Position numbers and translations under genes: made by a program. Shown here piece after piece: positions 42,275 through 59,898 of a stretch of 64,000 bases of DNA; the first letter of the stretch is position 1; each line of letters opens with the position of its first letter. The stretch lies in NCBI RefSeq assembly GCF_009914755.1, contig NC_060928.1, one strand, 5' to 3'. Source of the DNA: the human T2T-CHM13v2.0 reference genome, Homo sapiens. The notes under the pieces are model-generated. The model saw only the letters and a program-made list of their open reading frames with translations. It was not told the origin of the DNA and made no database searches.

Positions 42275-45200
42275 GGGTGAGATAGCTACCATGGGCGGTA
42301 ACAACACTTGAGCAGCATGCAGGCTGGACAGTGGTTATTGTGGGCCAGCGTTTGAATGGGGCTGGAAGTGTGCAGCCCCAGCGTCCTGGGAGGAGGGGCC
42401 TCCATCCCCACCCCGAGAGCCAGGCAGGGCCTCACCTTCCAGGGCACCCCTTTCTCACCACCCCTTGCCCAGCCCCTCCTTCCAGGGGCCTCTGCTCTTC
42501 CTTCTCGAAGCAGGTGCTGTGCCTGAGTGTCCAAGGCCAATTTCTGACGCTACATTCTGGAGTGTTCTACTGACACCATCTGCCAGGACCCACACTTCCA
42601 AGAATCCCCACCTGTGTGCTTCTAGAGCAGACAGATGGGGTCAGAGGTGAGGCAGCGGGGATTTGGGAGGCAGGAGGTCAGGGCCATGGTTGGCAGAGGC
42701 CACTGATGGTCAGGAGAAGCAAGACAGGGATGCAGGCATCCCGCAGGTGCCGGTTTGTCGGCTCCTCCTGCTGTGTGCAGCCTCCTTCCTGCCGGGCCCT
42801 GCTGACCAGCGCTGACCTCAGGCCGCCCTGAGGTGCACAGAGGTCGGCAGCCGGGGCAGCCAGCTGCAGGGATCCAGCAATCTTATCTAGGAGCCTGCAG
42901 GGTCCCATGAGACAAGTGAGATACCTGAGGAAGTTCCTGCCAAATCTGGAAAACTGCCTTAAAGGGGCAGGCAGGTAGGCTTTTCCTTTCCATATTGCTT
43001 CTTGCGCAAACAGACGAGGTGGAGGAGGTGTCTGGCTCTCCATCGGCCTTCTAGGGCCCTGAGGCAGTCCTGAGGGTGAGGGCCACGCCCACCAGAGCGG
43101 AGGGGCCTGAGGGCACTGTGGGCTGTCACCTGGGCCTGGCTGCTTCTGTGGGAGACAGAAATAAAATTCCCAACCATGCCAGCGTTATTTCCACGTTTGA
43201 AGCCAAATGCAATTTTTGAGAGGGAATTTAGTGCCCAAAAGGGGAGGGAGTGTTGAAAATGACAGGTTCAACTCCTACAGCATGGCATTGGCTCGTGAGG
43301 CTGCTGAATGGGGCGTGGGGAGGAGGTAAGGTTCCACCTGCTGCAGGCTGGAAGGCTGATGTGGTGGGAAACGTGGGGTCACACTGTCACCTGGGCCTCC
43401 TGGGCCAGCAGACCACCCACAGGCCGGGAGGGCAGCCTGAGGAGAAAGGCAGGAAAAACCTTCAGAATGTGGTGCCACTGTCAGCAAAGTTCCCCAAGAA
43501 GGAGATGGCCTCGGGGCACAGCCAGCGGGCGGGGTGGCAGGAGCTGCAGCTGGGCTAGGGAGCGCTCTCTGCCCGTGGGGTGCTATGAAAGCCGGTGTGA
43601 TTTTGAGCTCTGCAGGGCTGTCCCCAGGCTGCCGGCATTGCAGGAGGGGTCCAGTCCTAGGCACACACCATTGTCACTTCACCAGGCTCCACGGGGCCCC
43701 AGATCTGGGGACTGTCCAGTCACCGGACTCTGCGGACACAGAGTCAAATCTGACCCCATCCTGCCTTCAAGCCAGCGTAGATCAGGTCTGGGTACACTGG
43801 GCCTGTGGGGGAGGGGCTGTGGGTTGGCCCTCAAGGAGGGGAAGATGGGGGCGGCAGGCAGGGGTGGCGTTGTGGAGGTCCATGAGGAGGGCAGGGCAGC
43901 CTGGGAGCCTGGCATTGGTTGTAGATCCTGGCAGCAGGGGTGAGTAAGGGAAGGGCCCCGAGGAGGGGAGGGCAGGGCTCAGGTCTTGCTCAGCCCTAGA
44001 CTGGCTCTGACCCCACACCCAGGGTTGCAACGTGGTGGGGTGAGGTCAGGACCCCACAGCAGCAGGGCCACCCAGGAGGACACAGGGTCCCAGGCTGTGG
44101 CCCATGTACCCCATGCCCCAGGCCTGCACAGGGTCTCCAAGTCAGGAGGAAGGAGGCCAGGAGTGGAGCCAGGCACTGGGCTGTGCTGGCTCGGCCCTGC
44201 CACGCAGGGTTGTTAGGGGCTGGCTCTGTCCTACTGCTCGGGGTCCAGGGTCTGGGGCTCTGTCCTCTGCGAGCACCTCTCAGCCTCGCACCCCTGGGGA
44301 GCGGCTTTGAAACAAGCACAGCTCCCAGGTGCGCCTGGGAACCCTGTTCTCACCTGCGAAAGGGGAGCGGGGAGGGGAAGCACAGGGGCAGCGGGTTCCT
44401 CCTGCTCCTCCTCCTGCAGGCACCGCCCCTCCACCCCACAGAGGGCTTCTGCCAGCTTCTAGAACCTTCCCCACAGTGCTGCACTGACCACGTGTTCCTT
44501 AGTTCCCCGCAGGGTTAGACTCCTGACTTATTCCCTTGTTTAATCCTCAGCTCAGGGCGGGTGGGGTCTGGAGTCCGGCCTCCCCCAACAGCCCACCTGC
44601 TCCCCGCCCGGCCGCCTGGCGCAGAGGCCCTAGTTTGGAGAGCCCATTCACGCTCGGAATTTGGATTCAACCACGGGGCTGACCCCCCACCTCCCTCATT
44701 TTCCAAAACGCCTTTGTCTTTTCCTGTTCAAAGAACTTTCAAGAGACTTTCCAAGTTTTGTTCGGGAACAGTGTGGCTCCCCAGGGTGCCAGCTGGCATC
44801 TTGTGCAATTATCATTAAATTACAGGGACAATTTTAATTTCATGATAATTAGAAATATCAACTGCCGCTCAGCCTTCGAAACTAATGGAATTTTAATGGG
44901 CAGCTGCTTAGGTTACAGCTAAGAATAGCAGCGCTCCACCGAGCGGCTGCAGCAGGGCCCTGAGTGGGCGCCAGCCTCCATGTGGGAGCCGTGCCCAGGG
45001 AGCCGCGGCACCTGGTGTGGGCTGCGGGAGGCAGGCCCTGGGTGAACCTTCAGCAGCTGCCTGTAAGGGAGAAAATGGGACCGTCCTGGTCAGGTGGAGG
45101 AGACCTGTGTCCTGGACTTTGGACCCCGAGGCCAGCCCATTACCCCTGCAATGCAGCCCCAGGTCCACCTGCCCCACAGCCACAGCCTCAGGGCTTGGAG

Positions 45201-45739
45201 CTGAGCCTGCGACCTCAGACTGTGCCCTCTGGGGAGCCCACCCACTCTGGGCCTCGGCAGCCTGGGCTGACCAAGACCTTCCACTCTGAGCAAATCTGCA
45301 AGCCGGGGGAGCCCCAGGCCCTCAGACGGAAGGCGCCCTCACTCCTTCCTCTTGTCCTTAGAATTACAGTCCAAGGCCCGGAAACAGTCATTCCCCATGT
45401 TCTGTCCAGTTTTCCAGTCATTTGAAGCAGGGATGGAGGAGAGGTGAATCCAGAGCTTGTCACTCCATCCTGGTGGAAAGTGGAATTAATGGTGTCTTTC
45501 AATTGGGCAGATTTTGCTTTTGATAATATCAAATTTTAGCTAATTTTTTTTATGGCTAAAACATTTTGTGTCCTAAGAAATCTTCACCAAGGCCAGGGAG
45601 ATATTTTCCCATATTGTATTCTAGAAGCTGTGGTTACATCTGGGTCTCTGTCCATCTCAATTGCTTTGTAGGAAATGAAATGGATATCAGAGCCATTTTT
45701 TCCACGTGATTCCCCTGTTATTCCAGAACTGTTTGTTAG

Positions 45740-46128
<389 letters not shown>

Positions 46129-46844
46129 CGAGCGGGTCTATTTTGAGACACCATTCGGTCCTGTTGGTCTGTGCGTCTGCATTATCTTGGTTACTGTGCC
46201 TTTATAGAAAATCTTCAGGTCACCTAGTGTAAGTCTTCCAAACTTCTTCTTTTCCAAAACTGTTTTTGCTAATCCATATATTTTGCCATTCTGTATAAAT
46301 TTTAAATCACCTTATTGATTTCTATCCCCAAAAAAGCCTGCTGAAATTTGTATTGAGATGGAATTGAATTCATAGTCCCACTTGATAAGAACTGACATGT
46401 TGAAAATATTGTCTTACAATTTATGAACATGGTGTATCTCACCATTTGGAGCTGTCTAATACATCCTTTATTAAATTTATTTATCAGTATATTGATTTTC
46501 TAACTTTTTGCTAGTATCTAGAAATACAGTTGATTTTTGTATCTGTAGCCTGCAACCCTGCTCAACTCACTTATTCATCCTAACAGCTTTTTCTTTTGTA
46601 ATTCTTTAGGACTTTCCATGTTTACAATAACATCTTCTTGATGACAAGCTTCTTATCTGTGTGTGAATAAGGACAAGTTTCTTATCTCTATGTCTTTTAT
46701 TTCTCTTTCTTGCCTTATTTTCTGGCTATGAGCTCCAGTACAATGTTGAAAAGAAGTTCGGAGAGCAGCACCATTGCCTTAGTCCTGATCTTAGAAAGAA
46801 AGTATTCAGTTGTTCGCCAATGAGTATGACATTAGCTGTAGGTC

Positions 46845-47193
46845 TTCTTTCTTTCTTTCCTTCCTTCCTTCCTTCCTTCCTTCCTTCCTTCCTTCCTTCC
46901 TTCCTTCCGTGAGATGGAGTCTTGCTCTGTCCCTCGGGCTGGAATGCAGTGACGCGATCTCAGCTCACTGCAAACCTCCACCTCCCAGGTGCAAGTGATT
47001 CTCGTGCCTCAGCCTCCCAAGTAGCTAGGATTACAGGTGCCCACCACCATGCCTGACTAATTTTTCTGTTTTTAGTAGAGATGGGATTTCATCATGTCGG
47101 CCAGGCTGTTCTCAAACTCCTGACCTCAAGTGATCCACCCGTCTTGACCTCCCAAAGTGTTGGAATTACAGGCGTGAGCCACTGCACCTGGTC
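46845..47193 (-). mobile_element. Alu with a (CCTT)n microsatellite tail (about 46857-46908)
   Basis: About 12 CCTT units followed by an antisense dimer. Confidence 0.9.
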
Positions 47194-47801
47194 AGCTGTA
47201 GGTTTTTCATAGGTGCCCTTTATCAAATGAGGAAGTTCCCTTCTAATTTTAGTTTATGTAGAGTTTCTATCATAAGTGGATGTTGAATATTAACAAATGC
47301 TATCTGTGCATTCATTAAGATGACCATAAGATTTTTCTCCTTTATTTTTATTAATGTGGTGACTTTGAAGAATTGCTTTTCGAATGTTAAACCCACCTTG
47401 CGTTCCTTGGATAAACTGCACTTGTTCATGATGTGCTATTCAATGTAGTAATATTCTGCTAAGGATTTTGTGTCTGTGTTCATGAGGGTCATTGGGCTGT
47501 AATTTCTTTTTCTCTTGATGTCCTTGTCAGGTTTTGATATCAGAGTTACATGGGTTTCATACAGTAAGTGCAAGAGTGTTCCATCTTTCTCTTTTTTCTG
47601 AAAAAAATTGTGTAAGGATGGTATTATTTCTTCCTTAAATATTTGATCTGTTCCAACACCACATGGTCCTGGGGTTTTATTTCTGAATCAATTTCCTTGT
47701 GGAAAACGTTAGCTTTTCCCCAAAATTTTTATTATGAAGAATTTCAGCCACTCAGAAAAATGAATAGAATTGTGTAATGAATAGTCATGCTCATTTCCTA
47801 G

Positions 47802-48197
<396 letters not shown>

Positions 48198-49028
48198 TGA
48201 AGTTCTTAACTATTAATTCAGTTTCTTTGATTGAAATAGAGCTGTTTAAACTTTCTATTTCCTCTTGTGTAATTTTTTTGCAGTTTTTAAAGGAACTTTA
48301 AAATTTTATATCAGTTGTCAAGTGTATTGTTATAAAGTTGCTTGTACTGTTCTCTTACTATCCTTTTATTATTATATCTGTAGGCTCAGTGTGATAGCCT
48401 AATGTTTGTAACTTGTATTTTCCCTCTATTTTTCATTAGTCTTACTAAGGGTAGATCAATTTTATTAGTCATTTTGAAAAACCAACTTTTGGTTCTTTTG
48501 TCTTTTTCTGCGGTTTGGCTGTTTTCTGTTTCAGTGATTTCCACTCTTATTTTTGTCATTCCCTTCCTTCTATTTACTTTAGGTTTAATTTGCTCTTTAT
48601 TTTCTAGCTTCTTAATGTGGAAGCTCAGATCATTTATTTCAAACTAGTTTTTAAATATAAACATTTAAAAATTATAAGTATCTCTATAAGAACTTTAGTT
48701 ATATACTACAAATTTTGATATATTTTGTTTTCTTTACTATTCAGTTAAAAATAATTTTCTAGTTTTCTTTGTGATATCTTGTTTGACCTGAGTTATTTAG
48801 AATTATGTTACTTTGTCATCAAAAGTGAATGGTTTTCTAGACATTGTTACTGATTTCTGTTGTTGTCAGAGAATGCATGCTGTATGACTTCAGTCCTTTA
48901 GCATTTAATGAGATTTATTTTATGGCCCAGTAAATGTTCTTTCTTGGTAAATGTACCATGTGCTCTTGAAAAGAGTATTTATTCTATAGTTGATGGGTAT
49001 AGTCTTCTATATGTGTTAATTAGGTTAG

Positions 49029-49363
<335 letters not shown>

Positions 49364-49752
49364 TTATGTTCTTACTGATTATTTTGTCTGGTTTTCCCAA
49401 CAATTTATAATAGAATAATGTTAAATATTCAACTATATGGTATGGTCTTATTTCTGATTATTTTTCTTTTTTTAGTTCTTACAATTTTTGCCTCAAATGT
49501 TTGAAAATATAGCCACCCGGCTTTCTTATGGTATTTTTCCATGGTATTTCTTTTTTTTTTTTTGTTAATTCTTTTACTTTTAACCTAAACTTGTTTTTAT
49601 ATTTTAAGTGTGTCTCTGTTAAGCAGAATATAGAGAGTTTTGGTTTTTTAATTCAGTCTGACATGCTGTCTTTTAATTGTACTATGTAGCCCATTTGTAT
49701 TTAAGGTAATTATTGATGTAGTTGGGTTTAAGTCTACCTGTAATCTTGCTAA

Positions 49753-50229
<477 letters not shown>

Positions 50230-52604
50230 TAGGGATCCTAATGTATTTCCTTAATTTACCTCAATCTACTTTGAAATCATATTATACTATTTGATATATA
50301 ATGTAAAAACCTTTCAACTTATAATTCCATTTCCCTCCCATCCTTTGTGCTATTGTTGCATGTAATTTACCTGTATTTATAAGCCTCATGGTACATTGTT
50401 AGTATTTTTGCTGTAGGTGTTCAATTGTTGTTTTAAAAAATTAAGAAAGGGAAAACAAGTCTTTTATATATACACACACATTTACCATTTCTTCTGTTCT
50501 TCATTTTTTGTGTGTGTGTAGATCCAGGTTTCCCTCTGTCATTACTTCCCTTCAGCCTAAAGAATTTCTTTCAGCATTGTAGTGTGCATCTACCAGCAAT
50601 GGATTCCTGCAGCTTTTGTTTATCTGAAAACACCTTTATTTTGCTTTCATTTTTTAAGGATGTGTTCACTAGATATAGAAATTCTCAGTTGACAGTCCCT
50701 CCTCCCATGCTCCTAGTTCTTTAAAGATGTTCTTTTGTCTTCTGGGCTTCATTGTTTCTAATAAGAACCCTGCCATCATTTTTATTATTGTACTAATGTA
50801 TGTAATCTATCTTTTTTTCCTCTGGCTGCTTCTAAGATTTTAGTTTTTGTTTTCAACAATTTGTGCCTGGGTGTATTTTCTCTGTACTTGTCCTGCTTGG
50901 GATTTATTGAGCTTTGGGGATCTATGAGTGATTTTTTTAAATTCAGTTTGAGAAAATTTTGGCCACAGTTTCTTTAGATTCTCCCCATTTTACCTGTACT
51001 CTTTCTCTGGAACTCCAGTTACACATATGTCACCCCACTTGATATTATCACACAGGTCACAGGTGCTCTTTTCATTTTATTCTTTCCATTTTGTGCTCTG
51101 TGATTTCGTTTAGATTATTTATGTTGAAATTTTTTTTTTTTTTGCAGTGCACAGAAGCCTCACCAATACATGTTTTATTTCAGATACCATGATAGTGTCA
51201 TTTTTGGCTTGACTTTCTTTTTGATATTTTATTTAGAGTTTCTACTTATCTTCTAGTATACCCCATCGCTTTATGTTTATGCATCTTTATCGGTACATTT
51301 TTTATGTATTCATAATACTTCTTTACATTATGTGTCTGCTAATTTCCATTACTGGATCATCTCGGTCTGCATCTTTTGATTGTGCTTTCTTTTGATTATG
51401 GGTCAAACTTTCCTACTTCTTAACATGTCTTATAATTTTTTGTTTCATTCCAGACATTGGATGTAAATAAACAGTGGAAACTCATAGGTCATATTTTGTT
51501 CTGTTTTGATTTTGTTATGCATGTTTCCCACATAATGTAAACTCTTTCCTCAGTTTGAGTAAGGGGCTTATCATTCAGATTCCTCTAAAAGTCAAGTCAT
51601 CCTTGGAGCTGGGCCACAAATTAATTACATTGAGTTTACCCATGTTTAGCCTAACCCTCTACTTCCCATTCCACTGCAGCCTTTTTAGATCTTGTCAGTA
51701 TTTGAGCTAGGAAGGGTTGAGCTTTAGGTATATTTGGTTCAACTTAGATTTCACTCTGGCACAGCAATGGAATCGCAGCACTGTGACAATGCGGAGGACT
51801 AAGTGATTTCTGCCTGCTTCCCAGCCTCTCCTCCATCGCTACTTTCATGGCAAAAATGGAGGCTGGATGGGAGCCAGTAGGCTGGCTGGGCTGAGTGACG
51901 CATCGTGTAGGACTGGGCTGCTTTCTCTTCATCCCTGCGGTCTCCCGTTTTGTGGCAGCCTTGCTCCTTCGTCTGCTAACATGCAGACCAGCCTCCTGTT
52001 CGGGGATGGAAGCTGCTGTTCTATAGGAAGGGCTGGTCTCTCTTGGGAATTTAGGTCATCAAAATTTCCTTGCATCTACTGGACTAGTAATCTCATAGAA
52101 ATGTATAATATTGTTTCTGGGTTCTTCTGGTTGTTGCCACGGGAGTGAAAATCTTTTCCATCATTCTATACCCTAGGTGGAAGAAGTCTTGTTTTCTTTC
52201 CCTCATTAGGCTTCACATCGAAAGTGCTCAGCTAAGGATAAAAGAAGAATTAATGAACTTGTCTCATTCTTCCTCTCAGGTGGTGCGAATGCCATAGAGT
52301 CTCGCATAATGAAATACTGTTTCCTAATAGCACCAGTGTCTACTTGTCTTGTTTTTCTTCATATTTCTATTTGTGATTGTTTCCAGAGCTTCTCACACAT
52401 GAGCAGAGCAGTCACTACAGGATCGCGTGGCAGTGGAAGAGTATTTTGCAAGACTGGGGTTCTTACCTCTCCTTGCAGGCAGAAAGGGCCAGAACTCACA
52501 CATCACAGAGTTCCTCACTTTCACACTGGCAGCCAGTGGGCCATTTTATTTAATGAGTCAATTAAATTTTCAAAAATCAAATAAAAACAATTTTAGATTT
52601 ATTT

Positions 52605-52606
<2 letters not shown>

Positions 52607-52637
<31 letters not shown>

Positions 52638-52916
52638 AGACAGAGTCTTGTTCTGTTGCCCAGGCTGGAGAGCAGTGGTGCCATCTCAGCTCACTGCAAC
52701 CTCTGCCTCTGGGTTCAAGCAATTCTCCTGCCTCAGCCTCCTGAGTAGCTGGGATTACAGGCATGCGCCAGCATGCCCGGCTAATTTTTGTATTTTTAGT
52801 AGAGATGGGGTTTCACCATGTTGGTCGGGCTGGTCTTGAACTCTTGACCTCAGATGATCTGCCCCCCTCAGCCTCCCAAAGTGCTGGGATTACAGGGGTG
52901 AGCCACCGCATCTGGC
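52607..52916 (-). mobile_element. Alu with about 30-nt poly(T)
   Basis: Antisense dimer. Confidence 0.9.
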
Positions 52917-53604
52917 TGATTTAGTTAGTTTTTTTTATTTTTAAAAGATTGTCAAGGGGAGGCTGTGGAGGCTGTGATAATGGTGCTATCACAATGGGTA
53001 AGGGAAGAGGAAGCCTAGAAGCCACCTTTCGGCCATGTACAGCACAGAGTTTGAATTTGTTGTCAGGAGATGTGGTTTTGAGGATGCCAAGAGTGAGGAT
53101 GTGCTTTGGAATACCCTGAGGATTATGTTTGATAGTTTCTGCATCTTCCCAAAGATGGGACATCTTGACTCAATGTGTATCATATTTGACCTTATAATCA
53201 CCCTCAGAACCACAAAAGAATGTCAACTAAATGCTGTTAAAGCAATTAGATTGAATTTATACAGTATTCAAGATGTATTAGAAGAGTTAAAGGAAACAGC
53301 AGAATATTCTCAGATAAAAATAAATCATGGTCTTCAGAAGAAAATGAAATTAATTTTAGACATGCTCTGTTCTAGTCATTTGATATGTTAATTTTTATTG
53401 GTAACATTTGCAAAGGCTTACCCCCAAAAAAAGGAAAGAAAAGAAGGTTGACTATTTTATGTTTAAAATGTTTAGATATATTTTTTAATTGGAAAATGGC
53501 TTTTGTCTACTACAAAGACCTCATGTAAAATAAGCAATAAAAATAGCATTCTAGTAAAATCTAAAGAAATCAGAACAAAGAAATGAAAACATTTGCATGA
53601 TGAT

Positions 53605-53983
53605 TGATATGGTTTGGCTCTGTGTCCCCACTCAAATCTCATCTCAAATTGTAATCCCCATGTGTCCAGGGAGGGACCCATAATCACCACATGTTGAGGG
53701 AGGGAGATGATTGGATCATGGCAGTGGTTTCCCCCATGCTGTTCTCGTGATAGTGAGTGAGTTCTCATGAGATCTGGTGGTTTTATAAGGCAGTTTTCCC
53801 TGCTCTTGCTGACTCTCTTGCCTGCCACCATGTGAGATGTGCCTGCTTCCCCTTCCACCATGATTGTAAGTTTCCTGAGGCCTCCCCAGCCATGTGGAAC
53901 TGTGAGTCAATTAAACTCTTTCCTTTATAAACTACCCAGTCTCAGGGAAGTTCTTTATAGCAGCATGAGAACGGACTGATACC
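53605..53983 (+). mobile_element. MaLR solo LTR (MSTA-like) with 5-bp TSD ATGAT
   Basis: TGATATGGTTTGGCTCTGTGTCCCCACTCAAATCTCATC...CTTTATAGCAGCATGAGAACGGACTGATACC; ATGAT at 53600-53604 and 53984-53988. Confidence 0.9.
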
Positions 53984-54249
53984 ATGATGAAAACAATTCA
54001 CATGTAAATAATCTTTAATGATTCTATACAGATTATTTTCTGCCATTTTAGATTAAGGAATAATCTCAATTGAAGAGAGATGTGAATAAACTGAGTGATA
54101 TTCTGGTACTTTAAAAATAATATCTCAGCACTGGCAAATTTGAAAGAAGGGCTTTAGAAATACTGTATGAATCTAGGTGTTGCTTTAAGAGATGGTGAAA
54201 ATCTTGCTATACATCACAGTGATTTTTGTGATGAAATTTAAGAAGTTTG

Positions 54250-54606
<357 letters not shown>

Positions 54607-55899
54607 TTAGAATTGATACATAAAATTTGTGGCTCTTTTCCAACGATAAATATTTGCTTGAAAAATTTTATTGACAGTTATGTTTGCTTCTGCTTCATCA
54701 GGGAAAAGTTCTTCCAAATTGAAAATAGAACATAAATTATATGGAAATGTAGATTATAACAACATAATTAGAGATTTTGCTGAAATGAATGCAGGAAAAG
54801 TTATTTTGGGGAATAAAATATAATCATTTGTGAACAGTGTGTATCCTTCTGCTATTACTCAGGCAGGCACAGCTGACGGTCACTGTTCTGCAGACACAGG
54901 CAACAAACATTGTCAGTTTGGATATTTGCTTTTGTGTGGTTATCTGAGAAGCCATAGCTTTAGCTCTGTTTTTCAGTTTTGTTGTTTTAAATGAATTTGT
55001 GTCAAGGTGGGTGGATAGAAGACATTTTATTTCACATTTTATTAGCTTTATATTTATTCTATATTTGGGCATGTGTGGCCAGCATTGGAGCTCTTACTCT
55101 GGAACCATGAATATTGGGTGGTGCCATGGAAGGGCTGAGGCTGGAATGGATCCTGCCTGGGAACACCGAACCACATAGGATGCCTGGCTGTGTGTGAGCC
55201 ACAGCTGGAGTCATTCATGTGATCTACCTGTAAAAGTGTAGGAAAGCTGGAGAGATCCACCCATCTCAGGACACTGACATTCATGCCCAAGGTAGCACTG
55301 ACCAGCAGGGCTTCAGGAGGGTCCTGGAGGAGGCTTGTGGCTGGGAGCCTGGGAGAGAAGGAGAATGAGGGCCTGGGACCCCTTGGGATAGGGGTGAGAC
55401 ACTGACCTCGGTCTCCCAGGTAATGGCACGCAAGGATCAGGATCAGGAACTTGGAGGAATGGAGTAGGTGTGGTGAAACGTTGGCAGCTAGGTGGGTAGG
55501 GGGTGGATTCCAAATTGAAGGACAAATGGCAACATCACCAGGAGGCCTCACTTCCCCAGGGCAGACACTACCTGGCCTGGGGACCCAGTGTACTCCCTGC
55601 CCCTCAGGAAGAAACTGCATGGAAGTCTACCCTGTAACATTCGATCTACAGGGGCGGAGATGGAAGAGCCTACGAATTTTTTTTCCCCAAGGGCACGTCT
55701 TAATCTTTACATGGCTTGGGGTGGCAGAAGACTGCAGCCTTACAGGCTTGAGGAGTCAGAAGATAAGAGTCCAGGTCTAACAGGAACAACAGAGTGAACT
55801 GAACAGAGCTTTTAGCTGCTGCCCATCGTGGGGGAGACAGAGTTTGGGATTTGAGTCCAGTGAAAATACGTTTCTCTTAGAAGAAAATCAACACTTCTC

Positions 55900-57329
<1,430 letters not shown>

Positions 57330-57639
57330 TGCTTTTTTAAAAAACAATTTGGCAACATGCGTATGTATCTGGAAAAATATACTTCGTTTCATCTGTTTTT
57401 GAACCTTCTATAAATAGAATCATTTTGGCGTGTTCTGCTTTTTTCACTCAGCATTCTTCTGTGATTCATCCGTGGTGATGTCTACAGCAGCCTGCCATTT
57501 GCTGTCCCAGCTGTGTAGTCTCCAGTGCATTTTAGTGTCACACTGAGCCCATTCCCTTACTCACAGGTGTGTGAGTAGGTTCACTTCGTAAATCCATGTA
57601 TGTTGCCTATGAAATTCTGCATTGACCGTCTGGGTCTCT

Positions 57640-58860
57640 TTCACCTGTGCTGGGCCCCCCTCCCTTCTTCAGAGCTGCTCTGCATTCTGCTTTGTGCCCG
57701 AAGGCCGACCTCTGCGAACTGCAGCCACCAGGCTCCCTTTCCTTCTGGCTTCTGGTTGGCTTTGGCCAGTGGGATACACCAGCAGAGATGGGAGCAGGAG
57801 GGCTGTGCTCTCTCTGGAGTCTGATAGCCCTTCGTTCCCTGAGCCTCGGCGGCCCATAGTGCTCTACTGTTGCCCGACCTGGGCTACCTCACTGCCCCCA
57901 GCATTTCCCTTAACCTTTCCACAGGTTTGTAAACAAGCCCCTCATTCAACAAACCTTAATCACTCCTTTTGAGTGTGCTATCTGTTTCTTGATTGATAGA
58001 GGAATTAATACCAGGAAAGGCCCCAGGAAACAGATTCTCAAAATGGGATTCGAAGGCTGGAATGCTCACATATTTGATGGCTACACAATAACTTCCTTAA
58101 GGGGGAAGCTGGGGCCTTAAGAATTCACTGCACACACAGGCATCACGATCACTCAGATGACTACCAGGGCAGGCATGGGTGAGGCCATGGTGTTGGGAGA
58201 TGCCTGTGGAACTTAGACGCTATGACGACAATGGAGATGTGAATATTGGGTCAAGATAGAACATCCATTGAGATGAAGACAAATTGGAGGGCTTGAATCC
58301 CAGCAGAAGGCACAGGTGGAAAATCAGAAGACCTCTGTGATAGCGCAGAAGGGTTTCCTCATCTCCTGGAGCCATAGGACAGACAGGGCAAGAGTCAGGT
58401 GCAGGGCCTCGTGGAAGGGGCGGCACAGGTGAACCCTCTTGGTAGGTTCAGGGCACAGGTGGGGAAGGAGTGGGCTCCTAAGGCGTGGGGTGGGGACTTC
58501 TCGACAGAAAGATGAAATTAAACTTTGAAGCCACTGCAGGAGGCAGCCCAGACTCCAGCCTGAGAGGACGAGCCTTCCCTTGTTTTCAAAGACTTCACCT
58601 CCCACCCCCTGCCCGTTGGGATTTGCTGCATCCCAGCGTAATCTGGACAGAGAGGCGAAAGGTTGCTCTGGGCCAAGGTCAACAATCTGTAGGAGCAGGC
58701 GTTTGGGGACACAGGTGGAATGGGGTTCCAGGAGTGCCAGGCTAAGCAGGAAGCCGTACGGGACTGCACTGGCTGATGGCATCCACCTGGGTTTGGGAAT
58801 TGGGTTGTTGGCTTGAGCCCCAGGGGCGGCATGAGCAATCTGCTGGGCTGGCTGAAGCCC
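57640..58860 (+). mobile_element. Old ERVL-class LTR plus start of internal sequence (LTR33/LTR16-like)
   Basis: LTR-like end TTTGAGTGTGCTATCTGTTTC followed by ATACCAGGAAAGGCCCCAGGAAACAGATTCTCAAAATGGGATTC; heavily diverged. Confidence 0.4.
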
Positions 58861-58967
58861 AGCTCACCCTGGCCAATGGGAAGCGCCAGCAGGATGCCCT
58901 GGAGGGGAGGGCTGAAGGGCGGGTGTGGGGGTGAATCTGTGTGTGCTGGCTGCTCAGCTGCTCCCTA

Positions 58968-59469
<502 letters not shown>

Positions 59470-59499
59470 GGACTATCCAGTGGGAGGCAGAGGTAGCAG

Positions 59500-59898
59500 C
59501 CAGGCCACGGTGCTCAGTGTTTGGTCGAATGCCAGTCTAGATGTCACCGTGAAGGTATTTTTTAGATAAGGTTAACATTTAAGTCAGGGAACTGCACGTG
59601 AGGCCAATGACCTTCCACGGTGTGGGTGGGCCTCATCTGAGCAGTTGAAGGGCTTGAGAGGAAAAAGGCTCCCAAGGAGGAGGGAAGGCTGCCAGCACGG
59701 TGCTCTGGACTTGAGGGGCGGCGGCAGCTCCTCCCCAGGTCTCCAGCCAGCCAGCGCCTCCCTGTAGAATGCAGACCTGCCGGCCCCCACCAGCCCATGC
59801 ATCAATTTCTTAAAATCAGTCTCTCCCCTTCCTCTCTTTCTGCATCTCTGTCTATCTGCACACCCTACTGGATTCTGTTTCTCTGGACAGCACTGATA
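59500..59898 (+). mobile_element. MLT2-type ERVL LTR
   Basis: CAGTCTAGATGTCACCGTGAAGGTATTTTTTAGAT...GGGTGGGCCTCATCTGAGCAGTTGAAGG...GGATTCTGTTTCTCTGGACAGCACTGATAC. Confidence 0.8.
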
